Assembly (NCBI GenBank): GCA_030673825.1
Contig: JAUTCS010000092.1
Coordinates: 48,954-72,953 of the forward strand
Length of the DNA: 24,000 nt
From: Verrucomicrobiota bacterium JB024
GTDB lineage: Bacteria; Verrucomicrobiota; Verrucomicrobiia; Opitutales; Cerasicoccaceae
Reading direction: 5' to 3'
This document shows, piece after piece, positions 15,908 to 22,692 of this stretch; within the stretch, counting starts at the first letter, position 1; each line of letters begins with the position of its first letter. Both the position numbers and the translations under genes were made by a program. Under the pieces are notes generated by a model. It saw only the letters and a list, made by a program, of their open reading frames with translations. It made no database searches and was not told where the DNA came from.

Positions 15908-16843
15908 CTAGAAGCTCGCGCCGATCTCGAAACCGAGGGTCGCGCCGGGCTCGGCCTTGATCGTCTGGTACTTGTTGCGCTGGGCACGGAACTCGTACTC
16001 GCGGAAGAAGTCGCCCTGGACGAAGCCGCGCACGTAGAAGGGCCCGCCGAAGCGATAGGTCGCGCCGACGGCTACGGTGACCGAGCGCTCTTCCACCGCG
16101 GGGTTGGTCATGCCGCCGACGGCGGGGACGAACTGGCGGTTGAGCTGGAAGCTGCTGGAGTTGTACTGCACGGTGGCGTCGACCACCAGTTCCTGGTCGG
16201 CGTTGACGTCATAGACGACGGTGACGCCGTTAAAGCTGCGTACGCGCAGCTTGTCATTGACCTTCCACTCGATGAAGGCGACCGGCCAGTAGTGGACGGA
16301 CTCCTGCAGGTCGGCGGTGGCCAACACCCCGAAGGAGAAGGAGAAGTCCTTGAAAAACTCGTAGCTGGCCCCGACGCTGAAGAGGTAGGAGTCGCCGTCG
16401 GTCAGCGAGGCGTCGCCGGACTCGGCCCCGAGGCTGCCGTTGGCCATGACGTACGCGCCCCAGTCGCTGTCCTCGAACTGGTACTGGTAGATGGCGCTGA
16501 GGGCGATCTGGTTGATGTCGCTGAAGTACGAGGGAGCACCGTCGGACCAGCCGTAGTCGCTGTACACATAGTCAAAGGTCACGCTCAGCCGGTTGTCCTT
16601 CCAGCCCTTCTTATACGAGAGGGTGGTCTGGAGCTCGGTCAGGTCCACCTCGCCGGGCAGGCCGCCTTTCAGGCCGCTGGCGAAGGTGTGGCTCACGCCC
16701 TGGCCCACGGTGATGCCCACGGGGATTTCCGGCGAGAAGATGTCCAGAAAGGTCCCGGAGGTCGTTAGCTGTTGCGCGTGAGCGCTGATGGCGGCGAGGC
16801 CGGTGAGCAGGGCGAGGGCGGTGGTTTTAAAAGGGAGAGGCAT
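15908..16843 (-). CDS. Outer-membrane beta-barrel protein (porin-like, family not recognised)
   Basis: 311 aa with signal peptide MPLPFKTTALALLTGLAAISAHA/QQ. It shows alternating aromatic/polar beta-strand patterning throughout and a C-terminal ...LGFEIGASF with a terminal Phe, typical of BAM substrates. Confidence 0.8.
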   Translation of the reverse strand: MPLPFKTTALALLTGLAAISAHAQQLTTSGTFLDIFSPEIPVGITVGQGVSHTFASGLKGGLPGEVDLTELQTTLSYKKGWKDNRLSVTFDYVYSDYGWSDGAPSYFSDINQIALSAIYQYQFEDSDWGAYVMANGSLGAESGDASLTDGDSYLFSVGASYEFFKDFSFSFGVLATADLQESVHYWPVAFIEWKVNDKLRVRSFNGVTVVYDVNADQELVVDATVQYNSSSFQLNRQFVPAVGGMTNPAVEERSVTVAVGATYRFGGPFYVRGFVQGDFFREYEFRAQRNKYQTIKAEPGATLGFEIGASF

Positions 16844-16857
16844 GGCTGGAATACGGC

Positions 16858-16904
16858 TTATTCAAAATGAGTCGTTTCGAAGGTCAAGTTTCATTATTCA
16901 AAAT
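16858..16904. repeat. Two copies of the 11-mer TTATTCAAAAT spaced 36 nt apart, in the AT-rich region upstream of the OMP gene
   Basis: The copies lie at 16858-16868 and 16894-16904, 15-61 nt upstream of the OMP start codon (16843). A GTCGTTT...CGAA module is also repeated nearby (16871.. and 16919..). Confidence 0.7.
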
Positions 16905-17143
16905 CAATAAAGAATAATGTCGTTTGCATCGAAAGCTTGAAGAAAAAACGGTCTTTGGGCGAGGCCGCATTTTGCTGTGCTTGTGGAAGGATGGGGGCGT
17001 GCGGGGTGGAGCACAAGCCGGGCCTGGGGTGGCGGGGCTTGAAAGGAATCCTTGCTATTTGCGTCAAATTGAAACATCACCAGCAGCTACGGGCACATGA
17101 CTTCTCCCCTTGGCCTGCTCTCTCAAACACACCGGGAACGACT

Positions 17144-17665
17144 ATGTTGCAACTTGTCCACGACAATGTGCGCTGCCTGCGTCAGGGGATCGACCTGATC
17201 ACGGCGCTGCCCGAGGGCGAATACACCCGTAAACACGCGGCCTGCTTCGGCAGCACGATCGGGGGGCACATGCGCCACAACATCGACCACTACGAGCGCT
17301 TCGCCCAAGGGTGGTCAACGGGCCGTATCGACTACGACGCGCGTACCCGCGATCCGGGGGTAGAGACCGACCCCGCCATCGCCGCCACGGCCATGACGGC
17401 GCTGGAAAACGCCCTGGAGCAACTGACCGATGGCGACCTGGACAAGCAGGTCGAGGTCATCATGGACAGCGGAGGCGACCCCGAATTGTGCGGGCCGGGC
17501 CACTCCAGTGTGCGTCGCGAACTGCAATTTCTCCTCAGTCACACCGTCCACCACTACGCCCTCATCGCGGTGCTGTGCCAACTGCGTGGGATCGAGACCG
17601 GCCCGTCCTTCGGCGTGGCCCCGAGCACGCTGCGCTACCGCGGGCAGTCCTCATGTGCACGGTAA
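17144..17665 (+). CDS. DinB-like (DinB_2 / four-helix-bundle metal-binding) family protein
   Basis: The start is taken at MLQLVHDNVRCL (ATG 17144). His ligand candidates are GGHMRHNIDHYERF and LLSHTVHHYALI, in the spacing expected for the DinB superfamily. The track's 242-aa version starts at a TTG in the upstream intergenic region. Confidence 0.75.
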   Translation: MLQLVHDNVRCLRQGIDLITALPEGEYTRKHAACFGSTIGGHMRHNIDHYERFAQGWSTGRIDYDARTRDPGVETDPAIAATAMTALENALEQLTDGDLDKQVEVIMDSGGDPELCGPGHSSVRRELQFLLSHTVHHYALIAVLCQLRGIETGPSFGVAPSTLRYRGQSSCAR

Positions 17666-18396
17666 GCTGGTGGAGCGCGGCGGACGGATACGAGCTGTAC
17701 TTTAACCGGGACGAGCTCAAGTCGCGCCTGCCCGGGTTTCCCCCGGAGGAGCTGGAGCTCGACGGGGTACGCTACCTGAGCCCGCGTGACGCGGACGCCG
17801 GGGGCACTTGGCTGCTGGTCAACGAGTACGGCCTCACCGTCTGCCTGATCAACCAGTACCCGCTACGCCGCCCGGTCAAGGTCGGTCCCCTCGTGAGCCG
17901 GGGGCACCTCGTGCGGCGGATGGCTGCCTGCGCCCATGTGGCCGAGGTGGAGCGACGCCTCGGGGAAGAAGAGCTTTTCTCCTTTCGTCCATTTCAAATG
18001 ATCGCGGTCGAGCCCGGCGGCACGGGCGCGGCCTTCGCCTGGGACGGGCACAAACTTACCCCGACCGAGAACGCCCACGAGCATATGCCTTTCACCTCTT
18101 CCTCTTATCTGTCCGAGCAGATCGTGCAGCACCGCCGTGAGCGTTTCGCCCGGATCGTGGCCGAGCGCGGCGACATGACCCCGGCGGATCTGCTGGCCTT
18201 TCACCGCGAGCACAATATCGGCGCGGGCGCTTTCTCGGTCTGTATGCAGCGCGATGACGCCGAGACCGTCAGCCTGACTCAGGTTGTGGTGCGCCCGGAC
18301 ACGATTTCGATGACTTACGCGCAGAAGGTGCCGGGGCGGCCGAACTTCGCCGAGCCGGTGCGTGTGAGCCTGAAACCCCACGCCTGCCTTTCCTGA
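17653..18396 (+). CDS. NRDE-family (TANGO2-like) protein with an N-terminal Met-Cys
   Basis: ATG 17653 lies inside the longer track ORF 17311..18396. The sequence MCTVSWWSAADGYELYFNRDELKSR...DAGGTWLLVNEYGLTVCLIN...SRGHLV carries the NRDE motif, GGTW and SRG blocks. The gene overlaps the DinB-like gene by 13 nt (ATGTGCACGGTAA). Confidence 0.85.
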   Translation: MCTVSWWSAADGYELYFNRDELKSRLPGFPPEELELDGVRYLSPRDADAGGTWLLVNEYGLTVCLINQYPLRRPVKVGPLVSRGHLVRRMAACAHVAEVERRLGEEELFSFRPFQMIAVEPGGTGAAFAWDGHKLTPTENAHEHMPFTSSSYLSEQIVQHRRERFARIVAERGDMTPADLLAFHREHNIGAGAFSVCMQRDDAETVSLTQVVVRPDTISMTYAQKVPGRPNFAEPVRVSLKPHACLS

Positions 18397-18398
18397 TC

Positions 18399-21035
18399 AT
18401 GCGCGCGCAGATGAACAAACAGCAGCGCGAAACCCGGCGGCTGCACTGGCGGCTGGGGTTGACCATTGTTTTCGTCGTGGCGCTGGTGGCTTCCTTTCTC
18501 TGGCGCCAGGCGATGCTCCCGCCGGAGGGACCTCTACTGCCCGGCCAGGTGCGCATCGCGGTGCCGGAGTGGAAGGGCGACCGCGCCACCGGCGACAAGA
18601 TCGAGCTGGCCTACCGGGACCTGCCCGCGCTCAACGGCGATGCCGAGGCTCCGGCGCTGATTCTTGTGCACGGCAGCCCGATGGCCTCGCAGGCCATGGA
18701 CCAGCTCATCCCTGCGCTCAACGAAGACTACCGGCTGATCCTGCCCGACCTGCCGGGTTTCGGCGGGTCCACCCGTGACGTGCCGGACTACTCGATCCGC
18801 GCCCACGCCCACGCCGTGCTCGACCTGATGGACGCCCTCGAAATCGAGCGGGCCAACCTGCTGGGCTACAGCCAGGGCAGCGGTGTGATTATCAACGTGG
18901 CCGATCTCGCTCCGGAGCGGGTGGAGAGCCTGACGCTGCTCTCCGGCATCGGCGTGCAGGAGTACGAGCTGATGGGCGACTACACGCTCAACCACGGCCT
19001 CTACGGGATGCAACTGCTGGTGCTGACGGCAGCCCGCGAGGTGCTGCCGCACTTCGGCGCGCTGGACCGCTCCATGCTCAATGTGCCCTACGCGCGCAAC
19101 TTCTGGGACAGCGACCAGCGGCCCCTGCGCGGTGTATTGGAAAAGTATGACGGCCCTATGCTGATCGTGCAGGGGCGGCAGGACTATTTCGTCCCCTCGA
19201 CGACGGCCCGCGAGCACGCCCGCATCGTCCCCCAGAGCGAGCTGGTCCTGCTGGATGGCGGACACCTGTTGCCCTTTAAGAAGGCGAAAGAGGTGGGCGG
19301 GCATGTCCATGATTTCCTGAAAAAGGTGGAAAAGGGGACGGCCAAGCTGCGGAAGGATGCCTCGCCGGAACGCCTGCTCCAGGCGGCGTCGGGCCAGCCC
19401 GTCGCCCGCCGCGAGGCTGGCGGACGCACGTTGGCTTTTTACTGCGGACTGCTCCTGGTGGGGACGCAGGTGGCTGAGGATTTGACGTGCATTTCCGCCG
19501 GTTTTTTTGTCGCGCGGGGTGTGGTGCCATTCTGGGCCGCGACGGCGGCGTGTACCTTTGGCATTTTTGTCGGTGACATCTTTTTGTACCTGGCGGGGCG
19601 CTTCCTCGGACGCAAGGCGCTGCGCCACGCACCGATCAAGTGGATGCTCAAGGAGCGCGATTTGAGCTCGATGCAGGAGTGGTTCCAGCAGCGCGGTCCG
19701 ATGCTGATCGTGATCTCGCGCTTCATGCCCGGCACGCGCATCCCGGTGTATTTCGGCTCGGGGATGCTGCACATGCCGATGGGCAAGTTCGTGGTGTATT
19801 TCTTCCTGGCGTCGGCGGCGTGGACGCCGTGCCTGATCGGCCTGGCCTGGTGGATGGGCGACGCCTTTATCGGGTACTTCGAGCGCTTCGAGAAGTACGC
19901 CATCGTCGGACTGCTCGGGGTCGTTGTCCTGCTCATGATGATCATTCACCTGGTGGTGCCGCTTTTTACCTGGCGCGGACGCCGCCGCCTGTACGGCCGT
20001 TGGCGGCGCTGGGTACGCTGGGAGTATTGGCCGGCGTGGCTCTTCTATCCGCCGGTGGCGCTCTATGTGCTGTGGCTGGGATTCAAGAATCGGCACCTCG
20101 CTCTCTTCACCGCGGTCAATCCCGGCATGAGCGGCGGCAGTGGCTTTACGGGCGAGTCCAAGGTGGACATCCTCGACAAGCTTAGCGGCGCAGGCGAGGC
20201 CGTGGCCGCCTGGACGGCGCTGGAAGCGGATGCCTCGGCGGAGGAAAAGGAGGAGCGCCTGCGGGCCTTCATGGAGCGCGAGGGGCTGGACTTCCCTGTC
20301 GTGCTCAAGCCCGACATCGGCGAGCGTGGCAGCGGCGTGGCCATCGTGCGCGACTGGGAAGCGGCGCGTGCTTACCTGGATAAATGCCCGGACACGGTGA
20401 TCGCGCAGCGTTATGTATCCGGAAATGAATACGGTGTCTTTTACGTGCGCTACCCCTGGGAGGAAAAGGGGCGGATTTTCGGGATCACCGACAAGCGGTT
20501 TACCGCCGTGACCGGCGACGGTAAGACCCCGCTGGAGGAGCTGATCCTCGGGGACAACCGCGCGATATGCATGCGCGCCTTTTTCGAGCAGAAGCACAGC
20601 GAGCACCTCAGCGATGTCGTCCCGGCGGGCGAACGCTACGTGCTGGCCGAGCTGGGCACGCATTGCCGGGGGGCGCTTTTCCTCGACGGGAGCGACCTGG
20701 CGAGCGAGCCACTACGGGCATGGATGCAGCAGGTCAGTGACACATTCGACGGTTTTTACTTTGGCCGCTACGACGTGCGCGTGCCCACGGAAGAAGACCT
20801 ACGTGCCGGGCGCAATCTCACGGTGATTGAGCTCAACGGCGTGAGCTCGGAGGCGACCTGGATCTACGACCCGAAACACTCGGTCCTGTTTGCCTGGCGC
20901 ACGCTGTTTGAGCAGTGGCGCATCGCCTTTAAAATCGCCGCCTGGAATCGCGAGCACGGCGAGCGGCCGATGGGGCACCGGGCGACGGTCCGCGCCATCC
21001 TCGGGCGAGGTGTGAGGGAGCCTTTCGAGGCATAG
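18399..21035 (+). CDS. Tri-modular membrane protein: alpha/beta-hydrolase + DedA/VTT-like membrane domain + C-terminal ATP-grasp ligase
   Basis: 878 aa, with the ATG 2 nt after the NRDE stop. The hydrolase spans about nt 18600-19328 and has VHGSP, GYSQG (Ser158, nt 18870-18872), GRQDYF (Asp262) and DGGHLL (His289). The VTT-like module spans about nt 19425-19868 (FGIFVGDIFLYLAGRFLG, ISRFMPGTRIPVYFGSG). The ATP-grasp spans about nt 20196-20918 (VVLKPDIGERGSGVAIV, AQRYVSGNEYGVFYV, TVIELNGVSSE). Confidence 0.9.
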   Translation: MRAQMNKQQRETRRLHWRLGLTIVFVVALVASFLWRQAMLPPEGPLLPGQVRIAVPEWKGDRATGDKIELAYRDLPALNGDAEAPALILVHGSPMASQAMDQLIPALNEDYRLILPDLPGFGGSTRDVPDYSIRAHAHAVLDLMDALEIERANLLGYSQGSGVIINVADLAPERVESLTLLSGIGVQEYELMGDYTLNHGLYGMQLLVLTAAREVLPHFGALDRSMLNVPYARNFWDSDQRPLRGVLEKYDGPMLIVQGRQDYFVPSTTAREHARIVPQSELVLLDGGHLLPFKKAKEVGGHVHDFLKKVEKGTAKLRKDASPERLLQAASGQPVARREAGGRTLAFYCGLLLVGTQVAEDLTCISAGFFVARGVVPFWAATAACTFGIFVGDIFLYLAGRFLGRKALRHAPIKWMLKERDLSSMQEWFQQRGPMLIVISRFMPGTRIPVYFGSGMLHMPMGKFVVYFFLASAAWTPCLIGLAWWMGDAFIGYFERFEKYAIVGLLGVVVLLMMIIHLVVPLFTWRGRRRLYGRWRRWVRWEYWPAWLFYPPVALYVLWLGFKNRHLALFTAVNPGMSGGSGFTGESKVDILDKLSGAGEAVAAWTALEADASAEEKEERLRAFMEREGLDFPVVLKPDIGERGSGVAIVRDWEAARAYLDKCPDTVIAQRYVSGNEYGVFYVRYPWEEKGRIFGITDKRFTAVTGDGKTPLEELILGDNRAICMRAFFEQKHSEHLSDVVPAGERYVLAELGTHCRGALFLDGSDLASEPLRAWMQQVSDTFDGFYFGRYDVRVPTEEDLRAGRNLTVIELNGVSSEATWIYDPKHSVLFAWRTLFEQWRIAFKIAAWNREHGERPMGHRATVRAILGRGVREPFEA

Positions 21036-21098
21036 AAAGACAGGCGCTGCAAGCGGTTGGCCTGGAAGGATGACTGGCCCGCAGGGGAGTTGCCACTG

Positions 21099-21653
21099 TC
21101 AGGCCGAGAGGTCTTCGCGGTCCTGCGGTCGCTCGAAGGAGGAATGTCCGGAGCCGGGGCCGTGATGGAAGGACTCAAGTTCGGCGCGCAGGTCGGCGTT
21201 TTCCTTTTCCAGTCGGTGGTTGGCCTGTTCGAGTCGGAAGAGCTTTTCATCGGCAGCGCGCTGGTAGGCCATGCGCTCGGAGGCGTTGTTGATCGCGCGC
21301 AGCAGGCGGTCGGGCGAGAGGGTGGGCTTTTTCAGGTAGTCCTGGGCGCCGCGCTTCATGGCCTCGACGGCGGTGGCCTCGTCTCCGGCACTCGTAAGTA
21401 CGACGATAGGCCAGCAGAGGGTTTTGAACTCGCGGCGCAGCTCCAGGATGAAGTCCAGCCCGTTCATCCCGGGTAGCTGGAGATCGAGCAGGATGACGTC
21501 CACCTTGACGGCCCGGCAGTAGTTGAGCCCCTCGTCGGCGTTGGGGGCTTCCAGCACCTGATTGGTAAATTCCTTATCTGTCCCCAGGTATTGCGCGATT
21601 AAGCTGCGGTCCCGGGGATTGTCTTCGACAATAAGTATTCGGCGTTTTTTCAA
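21099..21653 (-). CDS. Single-domain response regulator (CheY-like receiver) with a C-terminal coiled-coil tail
   Basis: 184 aa with a TTG start at 21653. Receiver motifs are ILIVEDN, VILLDLQLPGMNG, VVLTSAGD and DYLKKP. The tail LFRLEQANHRLEKENADLRAELESF is heptad-like. No DNA-binding or enzymatic output domain is present. Confidence 0.85.
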   Translation of the reverse strand: MKKRRILIVEDNPRDRSLIAQYLGTDKEFTNQVLEAPNADEGLNYCRAVKVDVILLDLQLPGMNGLDFILELRREFKTLCWPIVVLTSAGDEATAVEAMKRGAQDYLKKPTLSPDRLLRAINNASERMAYQRAADEKLFRLEQANHRLEKENADLRAELESFHHGPGSGHSSFERPQDREDLSA

Positions 21654-21743
21654 AACGTCCTTTCAGGGGGATACGTTGGTAATGGTACTCCCTTTTTAAC
21701 CGGAGCGCAATGGTTGTTTTTACTGTCGGTGTGCGAACCGCGC

Positions 21744-22658
21744 TCAGGGTGCGCTCGGGGCGGGAGGTGCCGGGTAGTCGAGCAGGGTCTGGAGCTCAAG
21801 GGCTCGCAGATCGTCGGGGTTGGCCTTCAGAAGTTGATCCACGTAGTGGCGGGCCGAGGAGGGGGAACCTGCCTCGATCAGTATCTCGGCTTTCAGGTAC
21901 GGGTACTCGCGGTACCAGGGGACGGCGCGTTCGGCGTTGAGCAGGAGGGCCTCGGCCTGGGCGTACTGCCCGGCGGCGGACTCGATACGGGCCAGCTCGG
22001 CGGCGGCGGGGGCGTTGCCGTCGTCAGTCACGACGGTGTGGCGCAGGCGCGCCTCCGTGTCGCGGGACCAGCGGATGCCGTCCTCGATCGCCAGACACAC
22101 GACCCAGACGGTCAGCGCCGCCGTCATAAAGAGGTAAAGGTGCTTCCACGCGCGCGGGCAGCGCGGGCGGGACGCGAAGCGCGCGCACTGGATGATCAGG
22201 CTGGCCATCATCAGCGCCAGCCCCAGGCCGGGCACGAGCAGGTACTTTTGGGAAAAGGGCTGCCCGCCCATCTCGATGAGCACTCCCACCGGCAACAGCC
22301 AGGCTACGGCCCAGCCGAGTCCGGCGACGACCCAGGGGTTGTACTTGCGCAGGCGCCAGGCGTGCCGGAGCATGAGCACGAGGATGAGCCAGAAAAGCAG
22401 GTTGATCGCGAACAGACCGCGCGGGTCCAGCGGGCGCAGCACCCAGTCCCTCCCGAAGGGCCACAGCCACCAGCCCATATGCTCAAGCACGACATAGGCG
22501 AGCGAGAAGATCCGTTCGCCGAAACTCGAGGGGGCCACCAGCGGGCTGCCGGGTAACGGCACGCCGAGAAAGAGCGCCTGCGTGGCGGGCGAGAGCAGCC
22601 AGATCAGCGCCGCCAGCGAAAAGAGTCTTTTGTCGGGAGGAAAGGGGTTCGGCTTCAA
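21744..22658 (-). CDS. Polytopic membrane protein with C-terminal TPR repeats; it resembles only the C-terminal half of TPR-linked (TMTC/GT39-like) membrane proteins; start uncertain
   Basis: The track ORF (to 22964) overlaps the NhaC gene out of frame, and no in-frame ATG occurs before aa ~153. I place a tentative TTG start at 22658, with GTG 22562 as the alternative. The sequence has several TM helices, a ...PFSQKYLLVPGLGLAL... motif, then TPR-like AELARIESAAGQYAQAEALLLNAERAVPWYREYPYLKAEILIEAGSPSSARHYVDQLLKANPDD. Confidence 0.55.
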   Translation of the reverse strand: MKPNPFPPDKRLFSLAALIWLLSPATQALFLGVPLPGSPLVAPSSFGERIFSLAYVVLEHMGWWLWPFGRDWVLRPLDPRGLFAINLLFWLILVLMLRHAWRLRKYNPWVVAGLGWAVAWLLPVGVLIEMGGQPFSQKYLLVPGLGLALMMASLIIQCARFASRPRCPRAWKHLYLFMTAALTVWVVCLAIEDGIRWSRDTEARLRHTVVTDDGNAPAAAELARIESAAGQYAQAEALLLNAERAVPWYREYPYLKAEILIEAGSPSSARHYVDQLLKANPDDLRALELQTLLDYPAPPAPSAP

Positions 22659-22692
22659 GAGACGGACAGGATTGGCGGATGCGGGCGCGGGT

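Noticed and set aside
16937-17143. Upstream extension of the DinB-like ORF (MKKKRSLGEAAFCCACGR..., TTG start)
   Set aside because: It starts in the AT-rich control region and is Cys/Gly-rich, with no relation to the DinB fold. Homology-like sequence begins at MLQLVHDN (17144).
17311-17652. Upstream 114 codons of track ORF 17311..18396, overlapping the DinB-like gene
   Set aside because: The NRDE family starts with Met-Cys, and MCTVSWW at 17653 fits. The upstream part is Arg/Pro/Gly-rich and out of frame with the well-formed DinB-like sequence.
18534-20663. 709-aa minus-strand ORF opposite the tri-modular gene. Smaller nested ORFs lie in 19184..20400.
   Set aside because: It is an Arg/His/Pro/Gln-rich antisense shadow. 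The + frame carries three well-formed domains with catalytic motifs.
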